Origin: Patescibacteria group bacterium
GTDB lineage: Bacteria; Patescibacteriota; Microgenomatia; UBA12405
Length of the DNA: 64,000 bases
Reading direction: 5' to 3'
Assembly: GCA_038062455.1 (NCBI GenBank)
Contig: JBBTXE010000001.1
Coordinates: 186,371 to 250,370 of the forward strand
This document shows positions 43,851 through 54,026 of the stretch, one piece after another (the stretch's first letter is position 1; the number at the start of each line of letters is the position of its first letter). The notes under the pieces are model-generated. The model was not told the DNA's origin, did no database searches, and saw only the letters and a list, made by a program, of their open reading frames with translations. A program made the translations under genes and the position numbers.

Positions 43851-44522
43851 ATGAATAAAGAGGACATTCATTCGGTCAAACAGTATGAATTATTCGGACC
43901 AGGTATTTTTATTCCAAATTTTGAATTGATAGAAAGGGGCATGGAAGCCGAAATGGTAGTCAAAATGCTGTTTGACACCCACCAGGTAAAAAGATTTTCA
44001 TGTATAGAGTTTGACCCAAACGCTCCCTATCCGGTTGATGCCGACCAGCCATATTCGTGGAAAAAATGGCGAGGGACAAGAAATATTGAAAAATTATCAA
44101 GACGTATATACAACAGATCATTGGTCGTTTTTAAATTTGAAGGCGAAGATATTTATCTTTACAAGATACTGGGTCTTGGGTCGAAGGTCAAGGTAGAAGG
44201 GGGAGCAGTCAAACACATGAGAATGCTTGATTTTGACGATGATGACACTAATGTTGATATAAACAAAATTAAGGACATTGGTTTACCCCGCGGCATAGTG
44301 CTCAAAACAGATAATTCTTACCACTATTATGGGTCAGATCTTGTGTCAGAAGACGGTTGGAAATATTGGATTCAAAGCCTAATCAGATTAGGTGGAAAAA
44401 AACAGCTTTTTGGGTCTACCTATTTACCTTTATGTCTTGAAAGAGGCTATAGCACCCTTAGGCTCTTTGGTTATAAAGACACTTCTAAACAAAAAACACC
44501 TGTTGTTGTAGCCACAATCTAA
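43851..44522 (+). CDS. Hypothetical protein with AEP primase-like motif spacing
   Basis: Prefer ATG 43851 (MNKEDIH). Motifs MRMLDFDDDD ... VLKTDNSYHYYG ... STLRLFGYKDTSK. Atypical composition. Confidence 0.4.
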   Translation: MNKEDIHSVKQYELFGPGIFIPNFELIERGMEAEMVVKMLFDTHQVKRFSCIEFDPNAPYPVDADQPYSWKKWRGTRNIEKLSRRIYNRSLVVFKFEGEDIYLYKILGLGSKVKVEGGAVKHMRMLDFDDDDTNVDINKIKDIGLPRGIVLKTDNSYHYYGSDLVSEDGWKYWIQSLIRLGGKKQLFGSTYLPLCLERGYSTLRLFGYKDTSKQKTPVVVATI

Positions 44523-44573
44523 TCCAAATAACTTCAACTACCGTATATTATTTTTTTGTTATACTGAAATCAT

Positions 44574-45065
44574 ATGGAAATCCCAAATCTTCTCCCGGAA
44601 CCCCAACCGCAGTCGGAACTACTGCCTCGGCCGCAGTTAATAAAAAATGGAAAACCCCTATCTACCGGCATAATTATTCTGGTAGTAATTCTGGCTCTGA
44701 CTTCGGGCTTTTGGGGCTCCCGTTTTTTCCCCTTAACCAAGACTCCTTCAACTTCTCGGGCCTTGATTATCAATCCCGAATCTATTCAAAACAAAGACCA
44801 AGTCGAGGTCGGCAAATTGTATGGCAATTTATCCAAAAACTTCAAAGATTCGGCTGCCGGCGAAATTGAAAAAGGCTCCATCAATGGGGAGGGAACCCAC
44901 ATTCTCAATCGTCCCGGTGGCTTGTCCCAACGGGCTTCGCTGACCTCCTCCGTGATCGATCTGGATTTGTTTGTTGGCCGAAAGGTCGAAATCAAAGGCG
45001 AGACCAATGCCTCCAACAAGACTTCGTGGCTTCTTGACGTTGGCACCATCAAGGTCACGCAATAA
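44574..45065 (+). CDS. Hypothetical membrane-anchored protein
   Basis: Pro/Gln-rich N-terminus, one TM (GIIILVVILALTSGFWG), ~100-aa extracytoplasmic domain. Confidence 0.45.
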   Translation: MEIPNLLPEPQPQSELLPRPQLIKNGKPLSTGIIILVVILALTSGFWGSRFFPLTKTPSTSRALIINPESIQNKDQVEVGKLYGNLSKNFKDSAAGEIEKGSINGEGTHILNRPGGLSQRASLTSSVIDLDLFVGRKVEIKGETNASNKTSWLLDVGTIKVTQ

Positions 45066-45066
45066 A

Positions 45067-45717
45067 ATGGAAATAGTTTTTGATAATGTTTCCAAAAACT
45101 ATGGTCCGATTACAGCTCTAAATTGTCTGTCTTTTAAGGTACACGGCGGCGATTTTGTTTTTGTGGTTGGTCCCTCAGGCAGCGGCAAATCGACTCTGAT
45201 TAAGTTAATTCTCAATCAGATTAAGCCCACTAGCGGCCGGATTGTGGTTGGGGGCAGCGACTATTCCTTTTTTAAAAAATATCGGGATATCGACCAGCTT
45301 CGCCGCAAAATCGGAGTAATATTTCAAGATTTTCAAATGATTGCCGATCTGACCGTCGAAGAAAATATTGCCTTAAATCTGGATATCGTTAATCACGACC
45401 GCCGCCTGATTCCTTTAACCATCGACGCTGTTTTAAAAAAAGTCAAACTCCAAAACCGGCGTTTTTTATTCCCTTCACAACTCTCCGGCGGAGAGCTTCA
45501 ACGGGGGTGTTTAGCCCGGGCTCTCAGCATCGGCCCGGAATTAATTTTAGCCGACGAACCTACCGGCAACCTTGACAGCGCCAACGCCTGGAATTTAGTC
45601 AAGCTTCTTAAAGAAATTAACGAAAAGCAGGGAACTACAATTTTGATGACCACCCATCATCTTGATTTTGTGAAATCTCTGGGGAAAAATGTTATTAAGT
45701 TATCCAAGGGAGTATAA
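45067..45717 (+). CDS. ftsE: Cell-division ABC ATPase FtsE
   Basis: The ORF-track start at 44971 overlaps the upstream gene; the conserved start is MEIVFDNVSKNYG at 45067. GPSGSGKST, LSGGELQR, LADEPTGNLD. Confidence 0.85.
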   Translation: MEIVFDNVSKNYGPITALNCLSFKVHGGDFVFVVGPSGSGKSTLIKLILNQIKPTSGRIVVGGSDYSFFKKYRDIDQLRRKIGVIFQDFQMIADLTVEENIALNLDIVNHDRRLIPLTIDAVLKKVKLQNRRFLFPSQLSGGELQRGCLARALSIGPELILADEPTGNLDSANAWNLVKLLKEINEKQGTTILMTTHHLDFVKSLGKNVIKLSKGV

Positions 45718-46590
45718 ATGAGACACCTTATCCACGCTTGGCGCCACATCCGCCGTTCACCCTTCCAAAGCCTGATGGCCGCCTTTACCCTTAGCGCCAG
45801 CTTTTTTGTCATCACTGCTTTTATCTTTCTCAATAGCGGTCTTTCCTCTCTTTTAAGCAACTTCGAAACCAAACCGGAAATCACCATCTTTTTAAAAGAC
45901 GGCCTTAACCAAGACACTCTGGAAAATGTTCAAAAAGAGTTGTCAGCCTACCCCGACATCAAAGAAATCCGCTTTATTTCCAAAGAAAAGGCCCTGACCA
46001 TCTATAAGGAACTAAACAAAACCAATCCGCTTCTTACCGAAATGGTTACCAGTTCCATTTTACCTGCCTCTTTTGAAATTTCGGCCTACAATCCCAAGGT
46101 TCTCGAGGTCATTGCCCAAAACTTTGCCGCCAAAAACACTGTCGTCGATGAAATTATCTACCAAAAAGATATCATCCAGTCCCTTTTAACTTGGACCAAT
46201 TTAGTCCGTAAAGCCGGCATAATTTCCATTTCCCTTTTAGGAACAATCGCCTTTTTCATGGTTTTTGTTATTATCGGTTTAAAAATTACCAACCGCAAGG
46301 AAGAAATTAATATCGCCAGGCTTTTGGGCGCTTCGGTTTTTTATGTCAAGAGACCTTTTCTTTTAGAGGGGATGTTTTATGGGTTGGTGGGGGCGCTGGT
46401 TGGCTTCTCTTTCTCCCTAATACTGGTTCTAAATCTAAAACCGGTTCTAAACCGTTTCTTTGATCCGGTAGTTTTTGTCCGATCAGATCCCGGCTACTAT
46501 CTTTTTTGGCTATCCCTAGAAATTCTTCTTGGACTTCTGGTGGGTCTCTTTGCCAGTTGGACCGTCTCCCGAAGATATATCAAATGGTAA
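45718..46590 (+). CDS. ftsX: Cell-division permease-like FtsX
   Basis: 290 aa; TM1, periplasmic domain, 3 C-terminal TM; follows ftsE with zero gap. Confidence 0.8.
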   Translation: MRHLIHAWRHIRRSPFQSLMAAFTLSASFFVITAFIFLNSGLSSLLSNFETKPEITIFLKDGLNQDTLENVQKELSAYPDIKEIRFISKEKALTIYKELNKTNPLLTEMVTSSILPASFEISAYNPKVLEVIAQNFAAKNTVVDEIIYQKDIIQSLLTWTNLVRKAGIISISLLGTIAFFMVFVIIGLKITNRKEEINIARLLGASVFYVKRPFLLEGMFYGLVGALVGFSFSLILVLNLKPVLNRFFDPVVFVRSDPGYYLFWLSLEILLGLLVGLFASWTVSRRYIKW

Positions 46591-47660
46591 TCGTTTTTCT
46601 TCTCCTTTTTTTCTTTTTTCCCCAGCCTCTTATTGCCGAAGACAATGTTGTAACTGAACTGACTAACCAAATAAATCAGCTTGATTTAAAACTACTTGAG
46701 CTTTCCCGGTCCAAAGACACTCTTAATAATCAAATTAAATATCTTGATACCCAGTATTCTCTCACCGAACTAAAAATCAGACAAACCGAAGCCAGTATTG
46801 TCCAGCTGCAAACCGAAATTGCCGATCTAACCATTAAAATAAAGGAACTCGATGTTTCCTTAAACCAACTGACCGCTGTTTTTATTGAACAGATTAACCA
46901 AAACTATCGCCTTAATAAACGTCTGCCCTACATTTCCATTCTTTTTACCGGAAATTTCAATCATTTTTTTGAACAATATAAATATCTTACCCGGGCCCAA
47001 AAAAGCAGTCAGGACACTCTGCTGGCAATGGAAACCGCCCGCAGTAATCTTGATACCCAAAAACAGATCAAATCCCAAAAACAAAAGGATCTCTCTGCCC
47101 TCGAAACCAAACTCGAGGCCCAGAAGAAGGATCTGGGCAACCAAAAGAACTCTAAATTGGTGTTATTAACTATCACCCGCAATGACGAAGCCCGTTATCG
47201 GAAACTCAAAACCCAAGCCGAAACCGAACTCTCCTCTCTTCTAGCCGCCAAATTTGTCGGCTCCCGAAAAGTCACTAAGGGTGAAGCTTTGGGTCTGATG
47301 GGTAATTCCGGCTATTCATTCGGCGACCACCTTCATTTTGGCCTATATAATCTTAAAGAAGATGATATATCAACCTGGAGCTATTTTAATGACATAGACG
47401 CGTTCGATTATTTAAAGAATCACGTTTGGCCCATGAACTCTCCTATAGAAATCACCCAGGAACGGGGACGGACTAAATACAGCTACCTTTATGCCGATCG
47501 TTTTCATCACGGCATCGACATGGTTTCCACCAATAAGACAGTCCGGACAGTTGAAAATGGAGTCGCCTATTTTTATCGCCACCCCAGCTCATCTCTGGGC
47601 AATCACGTTAAAGTTTTTCATCCCGACGGTAAAATGACCCTCTATCTCCACCTTCAGTAG
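46584..47660 (+). CDS. Coiled-coil M23 peptidase (EnvC-like)
   Basis: Prefer ATG 46584 (MVIVFLLLFFFF signal; overlaps the ftsX stop). Long coiled coil, then the M23 motifs HLHFGLY and HHGIDM. Confidence 0.8.
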   Translation: MVIVFLLLFFFFPQPLIAEDNVVTELTNQINQLDLKLLELSRSKDTLNNQIKYLDTQYSLTELKIRQTEASIVQLQTEIADLTIKIKELDVSLNQLTAVFIEQINQNYRLNKRLPYISILFTGNFNHFFEQYKYLTRAQKSSQDTLLAMETARSNLDTQKQIKSQKQKDLSALETKLEAQKKDLGNQKNSKLVLLTITRNDEARYRKLKTQAETELSSLLAAKFVGSRKVTKGEALGLMGNSGYSFGDHLHFGLYNLKEDDISTWSYFNDIDAFDYLKNHVWPMNSPIEITQERGRTKYSYLYADRFHHGIDMVSTNKTVRTVENGVAYFYRHPSSSLGNHVKVFHPDGKMTLYLHLQ

Positions 47661-48274
47661 CCACGGCCAAATTTACGCAAACCTAGGGCTATAACCGCTC
47701 CGGACAAACCCAATAGACTTTGAATTAAAATCCAGGGAGCTCCGGTACTCGGTACCTGCTTGCCGGCCACAAAAAACGAAGCCCGGTCACAGTCAGAGAC
47801 ATTGTCTCCGTTGACACAAACCTTGTTGGTAAGCATTTGAGAGTATTTACTCTTAACCTCTCCGATTCTGGTTCTAATGGTAAATACCTTGCTTTCACCC
47901 ACGTTTAAATTGCCAATTGACCAATTAATTTCCGCTTTATTTTTGTCGTAAACACCCGGATTAAAAATAATCTTTTGGAAAAGAGGCAAAAAGTCTTTAA
48001 TAGTAAGATTTGTTAAATCCCGATTACCGGTATTTTCCACCAAAATCGAAAAATCTAAACTGTTGTCTTCAAAAAAAGTTTTGTCATCCTGGCTAATATT
48101 GTCTAGATATTTATTACTGTTTATAGGCCGGACTTTTTTGTCAATCGAAATTGATTTACTGCCTTCTCCCGATGAGTAGTATTGAGAAAAAGCATTTTGG
48201 GGAGAAAATAGGAAACTAATCAAGACTCCCGTTGCCATCACCGCCAACTTAAATGTTCTAATTATTTGTTCCAC
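47654..48274 (-). CDS. Secreted DUF11-like repeat protein with sortase-type sorting signal
   Basis: Signal peptide. The C-terminus has VPSTG + hydrophobic stretch + RKFGRGY, an LPXTG-like architecture. Confidence 0.6.
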   Translation of the reverse strand: MEQIIRTFKLAVMATGVLISFLFSPQNAFSQYYSSGEGSKSISIDKKVRPINSNKYLDNISQDDKTFFEDNSLDFSILVENTGNRDLTNLTIKDFLPLFQKIIFNPGVYDKNKAEINWSIGNLNVGESKVFTIRTRIGEVKSKYSQMLTNKVCVNGDNVSDCDRASFFVAGKQVPSTGAPWILIQSLLGLSGAVIALGLRKFGRGY

Positions 48275-48352
48275 CTACTTTGTAAATAACATATATTAGA
48301 GGATAGTATATCCTGTTTTTTCCCGTTGTCAACCTTTTGCTATACTCATCTT

Positions 48353-49075
48353 ATGGCCTACCTGTTTAATTCACTTTCCCTTTTTCTGCCCTGCTACAAC
48401 GAAGAAGCCAATTTAGAATCAACTGTCAGTAAAACCCTGCCTATATTAATAAAAATAGCTAAAAATTGGGAATTAATCATTGTCAACGACGGTTCCGGGG
48501 ATAAAACCGGCGCTGTCGCCTTCAAGATTCAAAAAACTTACCCCCAAAACATCAAAATTGTCACTCATTCACTCAACCGCGGCTATGGCGCCGCCTTCAA
48601 AAGTGGTTTTTATGCTGCTAAGTGCGACTGGATTGCCTTGATTGATGCTGATGGTCAGTTCGATTTTAATGACATTTATAAGCTTCAAGCAGTTCAAAAA
48701 GAGTCCAAAGCTGATGTGGTCATTGGTTATTATTTAGGCCGAAAAGTCCCTTTTTATCGAATCTGGGGTTCAAAGCTCTGGCAACTGGTTGTTTTTCTTC
48801 TTTTTGGCCTAAAAGTCCGGGATATTGATTGTGGCTTCAAGTTAGTCCGAAAAAAAGTTATTGACACCATTCCGGAGCTTGTTGCCGAAAGAGGACCCTT
48901 TATTTCTTCCGAATTCTTAATCAAAGCCAAAAAAGCCGGCTTTAAAATTATGGAATCAGGCGTTTCCCATTACCCGCGTACTGCCGGAGAGGCCACCGGT
49001 GCCAAGCTAAGTGTAGTTTTGGCCGGTTTTAAGGATCTATTCCGACTCTGGTTTAAATTAAACTTCTCTTCGTGA
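48353..49075 (+). CDS. GT2 polyprenyl-phosphate glycosyltransferase (ArnC/DPM1-like)
   Basis: Prefer ATG 48353 (MAYLFNSLSLFLPCYNEEANL); NDGSGD; DADGQFD; C-terminal amphipathic tail. Confidence 0.8.
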   Translation: MAYLFNSLSLFLPCYNEEANLESTVSKTLPILIKIAKNWELIIVNDGSGDKTGAVAFKIQKTYPQNIKIVTHSLNRGYGAAFKSGFYAAKCDWIALIDADGQFDFNDIYKLQAVQKESKADVVIGYYLGRKVPFYRIWGSKLWQLVVFLLFGLKVRDIDCGFKLVRKKVIDTIPELVAERGPFISSEFLIKAKKAGFKIMESGVSHYPRTAGEATGAKLSVVLAGFKDLFRLWFKLNFSS

Positions 49076-50490
49076 AAAAACACTGGCCCATAATTTTAAT
49101 CCTCCTTATTGCTATCTTTTGCCGTTTCTACCGCCTTTCCGAATACATGGAATTTTTAGGCGACCAAGGTCGTGATGTAGTTATTGTCCGGGATTTTCTT
49201 AAAAATGGCAATTTCTTTTTTATCGGCCCTCAAACCAGTATCGGCAACATGTATCTTGGCCCCTATTACTACTATTTCATCGCTCCCGCCCTGCTGTTAG
49301 CTTTTTTTAACCCAATTGGCCCGGCCGCCTTTGTCGCTCTCTTGGGCGTCCTGACTGTTTATCTTCTTTATAAAATCGCCGCTAAATGGTTTAACCCCCG
49401 CGTCGGTCTTATTTCCGCCCTGCTTTTTGCCCTATCTCCAGTAGTTATTAAATACAGCAGCTTTTCCTGGAATCCCAATATCATGCCTCTTTTTTCCCTC
49501 CTCTTTATCTATTTTCTGACCGAAAAACGATATATTCTAGCTTCTTTAGCTTTTATCTTTTGCCTCAACTCCCACTATTTGGCCCTGCTTCTCATTTTTC
49601 CGGCTGCTCTTATTGTGTTCAAAAACTATCGCCAAACCGACCTCAAGCCTATTCTATTGGCCTTCGGCCTCTTTTTTTTGTCATTTACCCCCCAAGTTCT
49701 CTTTGACATCAAACATCAGGGTCAAAATATTGGCGCTCTGATTACCTTTTTTAGCCAACGGGAAACTACCGTCAATCTTAAGGCTTACAAAGCCCTGCCC
49801 AAACTACCCGAGCTTTTTAATCAAGTCAGCACCCGTCTGGCCGCCGGTAAAGTTGAGTCAATCGGCTCCTTTGTTTCAGTTGTCTTTTTTGTCCTTCTTG
49901 CCTTTTATACCTCCAAAAACTTTAGAAACAAAAACTTTCTAGTTTGTCTTGTCTGGTTTTTTTCCGGTTTGATTGGTCTGGCTCTTTACAAACAGCATAT
50001 CTACGATCATTATTTTGCTTTTATCTATCCGGCCTTTTTTATGCTTTTAGCTGTCTGCTTTTCTATCTTACCCAAGCTTCTCTTTTATCCGGTCTTTCTT
50101 TTATTAGTAATGCTCTCTCTTCTTAATAATCCATTTCGTTACCCCCCTCCGCGTCAGTTACAAGTGACCCAAGATATTACTCAATTAATTAAAAAAGAAT
50201 CCAATTTTGCTGATTTTAATTTTGCCCTTTTAGCCAAAATGAATTACGATCCCGGCTATCTCTATTTTCTAACGGCCAATAAATTGTCTAACTATTTTCA
50301 TCTTCGCGATAAAATTACCGATCAGCTTTTTGTTGTTTGTGAGCCGTTTCAAATTGACTGCAACCCCATCAACAACCCCGAGTGGGGGATTGCCGCCTTT
50401 GGTTGGGCCAAAATTGACAAGCATTGGGAAATAAACGGTATTAAAATCTTCCGTCTAGTTCACAACCCCTCCGGCCAATCACTACCATAA
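49072..50490 (+). CDS. GT-C fold glycosyltransferase (ArnT/PMT, GT39-like)
   Basis: GTG start overlapping the upstream stop; ~12 TM; first loop EFLGDQGRD. Confidence 0.65.
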   Translation: MKKHWPIILILLIAIFCRFYRLSEYMEFLGDQGRDVVIVRDFLKNGNFFFIGPQTSIGNMYLGPYYYYFIAPALLLAFFNPIGPAAFVALLGVLTVYLLYKIAAKWFNPRVGLISALLFALSPVVIKYSSFSWNPNIMPLFSLLFIYFLTEKRYILASLAFIFCLNSHYLALLLIFPAALIVFKNYRQTDLKPILLAFGLFFLSFTPQVLFDIKHQGQNIGALITFFSQRETTVNLKAYKALPKLPELFNQVSTRLAAGKVESIGSFVSVVFFVLLAFYTSKNFRNKNFLVCLVWFFSGLIGLALYKQHIYDHYFAFIYPAFFMLLAVCFSILPKLLFYPVFLLLVMLSLLNNPFRYPPPRQLQVTQDITQLIKKESNFADFNFALLAKMNYDPGYLYFLTANKLSNYFHLRDKITDQLFVVCEPFQIDCNPINNPEWGIAAFGWAKIDKHWEINGIKIFRLVHNPSGQSLP

Positions 50491-50519
50491 AAAGATCATA
50501 CCGCTTATAATCTATACAC

Positions 50520-51284
50520 ATGTTTGCCGTCAGTATCGTCATCCCCTGCTACAACGAGGAAAATAACCTTCGCCGGGGAGTCTTAGAAGATGTAAATCAA
50601 TTTCTGGCAAAACAAAAATTTAATTGGGAAGTATTAATCTGCAATGATGAGTCTACTGACAACAGTCTGTCTATTATTAAGGCTTTTGCCCAAAAACACC
50701 CCAAATTTAGGGTTTTAAATTTAGCTCACGGCGGCAAACCGGGAGCAGTTTGGCATGGAATAAAAAAAGCCAAATATCCGGTTGTTCTATTCACCGACAT
50801 GGATCAATCCACTCCTCTAAAAGAAATAAATAAATTAATCCCGTTTTTCGACAAAGACTATGGTGTCGTCATCGGTTCCCGTGGTTCCCGCCGCCGCGGA
50901 AATAGTTTATTGCGGATTACTATGGCCAAGGCCTTCCTCTTTTTTCGCCGTCTGATTCTGTTACCCCGGATTATTGACACCCAGTGCGGTTTCAAGGCCA
51001 TCAATACCGCTCTGGCCAAAAAAATATTTCCTCATCTCCAATTTTTCCAAGACAAATCAATCAAAAGCGGTTGGCGGGTATCGGCTTTTGATATCGAGCT
51101 TCTCTTTATGGCTCAAAAGTTGGGTGCCAAAATCAAAGAAGTCGAAATTGACTGGCGAAACGAAGATACCAGTACCACCAAAGGCGATGATGCCGCCCGC
51201 TTTAAAAAAGAATCCCTCCAAATGCTTTCGGAAATCTACCGGGTAAAACTAAACGATTTAAAAGGCTTTTATGACCAAATTTAA
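50520..51284 (+). CDS. GT2 polyprenyl-phosphate glycosyltransferase (ArnC/DPM1-like)
   Basis: VIPCYNEENNL, CNDESTD, TDMDQS, IIDTQCGFK. Confidence 0.8.
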   Translation: MFAVSIVIPCYNEENNLRRGVLEDVNQFLAKQKFNWEVLICNDESTDNSLSIIKAFAQKHPKFRVLNLAHGGKPGAVWHGIKKAKYPVVLFTDMDQSTPLKEINKLIPFFDKDYGVVIGSRGSRRRGNSLLRITMAKAFLFFRRLILLPRIIDTQCGFKAINTALAKKIFPHLQFFQDKSIKSGWRVSAFDIELLFMAQKLGAKIKEVEIDWRNEDTSTTKGDDAARFKKESLQMLSEIYRVKLNDLKGFYDQI

Positions 51285-52809
51285 ACCAAATTTTATCCTC
51301 GGTATTATTCTGTTGGCGCTTGTCTATCTATTAACCCGTCTGCCCAATCTCACCTCTATTCCCGTCTTTGGCGACGAAGCTATATATCTTCGCTGGTCTC
51401 AGTTGATTAAAAACGTTGAAACCCTCCGCTTTGTTCCTCTCACCGACGGCAAACAACCCCTGTATATGTGGCTGACTGTCCCTTTTCTTAAAATCGTCCC
51501 TGACCCCCTTTATGCCGGTCGCTTTTTGTCAGTTCTGATTGGTCTGGGTTCTCTTATTGTCCTTTGTCTCACCTTTTCCCTTTATTTAAATTACGCTTCC
51601 AAAAATCGTCAACCACACCTCTTTATTTTTGAGTCTCCGAAAAAATTTCCTCTGCGCTCACTGATTCCCGGTCTGATTTATATCTTTTTTCCCCTCACCT
51701 TCTTTTTTGACCGTTTAGCTCTGCCTGATGGCCTTCTTTCTTTTTTTGGCATCCTCACTATCTTTTTTACCCTGCTTCTGGCCAAATACCCCCGTCTCGA
51801 CTTATCCATGTTTCTCGGGGCTACTCTTGGGCTGGCTTGGTTGACTAAATCGCCGGCCGTTTATTTTGTGGTTCTGTCATTTTTCGGTTTTGTTCTTCTT
51901 TCCCGATCCAAAAAATATTATTATCCGCTTATTTCAGCTTTATTAGCTTTTATTATTTATAATCTTCTCCGGCTCGGCCCCCAATTCCAGCAAATTGCTC
52001 TTCGCAATCGGGATTATATTTGGCCGCTGTCCGAAGTCCTTCGTCATCCTTTGGATCCCTTTATTCCCCACTTAAAAGATCTCTTTGTTCTCTACTATCA
52101 ATATCTCTCCCCCCCTCTGCTTATTTTCTTTTTTATTGGTATTGCCCTCCATTTATTCCAAGCCAAATCTCTTTCACGGCCCTCTATTTTTATTCTTAGT
52201 TTTTTTTTCCTACCCACTATTGCCAGTCTGGCCATGGCCAAAATTTTTACCGGCCGCTACCTCCTTTTTACTGCCCCATCTCTAATTATTTTATTTTCTT
52301 TATCTCTAATAAAATTTTTTCAATCATCCACCCAAATTATTCAAAATCGTCTCCGGCAAATATTAATTGTTTTTCTCTGTTTCCTGCCAAATATATATTG
52401 GCAAGTTTTTGTTTCCTTTAATCCTTTTCGGGCCAAATTACCTCTTTCCGAATCGGGTTATCTTGAAGGCTGGACCGCCGGCTGGGGTGTCAAATCTGTC
52501 GCCGACTATCTTATTTCCCGATCCCGAAATTTCAATGTTATTATCGGCACCGAAGGCTATTTCGGCACTCTTCCTGACGGTCTTCAGATCTATACCGACA
52601 GCCTGCCCCGCCTAACTGTTTTTGGCCTCGATCCGGGTTTAACCCAAATCCCCTTTAAATTAATTGATGCTAAAAATTTCGGTGACGATGTTTATCTTCT
52701 TCTCAATTCACCTAAACAAAAATTAAATTCGTCTTCCCTTGATCAATTGACGCTCGTTCAAAGCTACCCCAAACCCGACGACAGCCGGCTCCTTCTTTAT
52801 AAGCTATGA
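51271..52809 (+). CDS. GT-C fold glycosyltransferase (ArnT/PMT, GT39/83-like)
   Basis: First loop VFGDEAIYLRW (the DE motif of ArnT/PMT); ~12 TM plus a C-terminal soluble domain. Confidence 0.75.
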   Translation: MTKFKPNFILGIILLALVYLLTRLPNLTSIPVFGDEAIYLRWSQLIKNVETLRFVPLTDGKQPLYMWLTVPFLKIVPDPLYAGRFLSVLIGLGSLIVLCLTFSLYLNYASKNRQPHLFIFESPKKFPLRSLIPGLIYIFFPLTFFFDRLALPDGLLSFFGILTIFFTLLLAKYPRLDLSMFLGATLGLAWLTKSPAVYFVVLSFFGFVLLSRSKKYYYPLISALLAFIIYNLLRLGPQFQQIALRNRDYIWPLSEVLRHPLDPFIPHLKDLFVLYYQYLSPPLLIFFFIGIALHLFQAKSLSRPSIFILSFFFLPTIASLAMAKIFTGRYLLFTAPSLIILFSLSLIKFFQSSTQIIQNRLRQILIVFLCFLPNIYWQVFVSFNPFRAKLPLSESGYLEGWTAGWGVKSVADYLISRSRNFNVIIGTEGYFGTLPDGLQIYTDSLPRLTVFGLDPGLTQIPFKLIDAKNFGDDVYLLLNSPKQKLNSSSLDQLTLVQSYPKPDDSRLLLYKL

Positions 52810-54026
52810 AGCCAAGTTATTTCCACTTTTCCATTATTCTATTTTCTTTCGTTTTTCTTTTTCTTCGTCTTAATCAATTAAAATCCCTGATGACCTTTGG
52901 TTTTGATCAATCAGTCCATCTTCAGGAAGCTCGCGACCTGGTTGACAATCGTCAAATCAAGCTTGTCGGGCCGATGGTTGCCTCTCAAATGATTCAAGGG
53001 AGAGGATTTTTTATCGGCCCGTATTACACCTACATTTTGACGCTTATAGGACTAATCACCAATTGGCAGCCATTAATTATCACCCAGATATTAATATATT
53101 TTGACTTGTTTTGTCTTTTATTATTCACTTTTTGGCTGTCATCAAAGTCTTCCCCTCCGATTACTCTGCTCCTCTTTTTACTTTTTGTCTTTTCCCCTTT
53201 TTTAATTGAGCAAAGTCGGTTTTTTTGGAACCCCCATTTCCTGTTGCCAATTAGTTTTCTTCTGATCTATTTTTTAGAAAAAAAGCGTTTCTTTTGGGCG
53301 GCAATTACCATGGGTTTCGGATTTAGTTTTCACTTTAGCGCGCTTCTTTGGATTCTCCCGTTTCTTTATTATTTGGTAAAAAATAAAATCAGTTTTAAAG
53401 TTTATCCCTTGTTGCTGTTTGCCTTTATCCTCGGTGACCTTCCTTATTTTATTTTTGAACTTCGCCACCACTTCTACAACCTTTCTACCTTCTATCTCGT
53501 TTTGACCCATTCCGCCAAATCGGGATTATTTTATTTCCATTATTATGTTTTTTCCCTATCAGCTTTCATTTATTTATTATTAAGCCGACTTTCCGTCAAA
53601 TATTCCCAAACGACCTATCTTAGCATTATAGTTCTAACTTTAATAAACGCCGCTTACTTTTTTTTCTGGCGTGAGTCTCTGCCTGTCGGTATGACTTCCG
53701 GTTGGAATTACCCGACTCAACTTAAAGTAATTGACAAAATTCTGGAGAACGGCTGCCCTAAAAACTTTAATGTCGCCACCACTAACAGTGGCGATACCCG
53801 AGCCTATGATTTACGCTTTTTATTAAAACAAAAAAATTGTTTTCCTAACCCTGTCGACTCTTATCCCTATGACAAAACTCTTTATTTAGTGGCTCCCGTC
53901 TCCCGCCCACCCCCAACCGATACTGTTTGGGAAGTTTTATCTCTTCGGCCTTTTAAGATAGAATTAACCTATTCGATTAATAAAGAGCTTGTCCTCTATC
54001 AGCTTTCCCGCACTAATGAAAATTAA
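52806..54026 (+). CDS. Polytopic membrane protein, GT-C-like
   Basis: 406 aa, ~11 TM. The first loop FGFDQSVHLQEARD is similar to that of 49072..50490. Confidence 0.5.
   Translation: MKPSYFHFSIILFSFVFLFLRLNQLKSLMTFGFDQSVHLQEARDLVDNRQIKLVGPMVASQMIQGRGFFIGPYYTYILTLIGLITNWQPLIITQILIYFDLFCLLLFTFWLSSKSSPPITLLLFLLFVFSPFLIEQSRFFWNPHFLLPISFLLIYFLEKKRFFWAAITMGFGFSFHFSALLWILPFLYYLVKNKISFKVYPLLLFAFILGDLPYFIFELRHHFYNLSTFYLVLTHSAKSGLFYFHYYVFSLSAFIYLLLSRLSVKYSQTTYLSIIVLTLINAAYFFFWRESLPVGMTSGWNYPTQLKVIDKILENGCPKNFNVATTNSGDTRAYDLRFLLKQKNCFPNPVDSYPYDKTLYLVAPVSRPPPTDTVWEVLSLRPFKIELTYSINKELVLYQLSRTNEN

Noticed and set aside
43767-44573. Looked for direct repeats flanking the orphan genes at 43851 and 25350, like those at lon and typA.
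   Set aside because: Only short AT-rich similarities were found (e.g. GTTTTATAGTACT vs GTTATACTGAAA), which cannot be distinguished from chance by eye.
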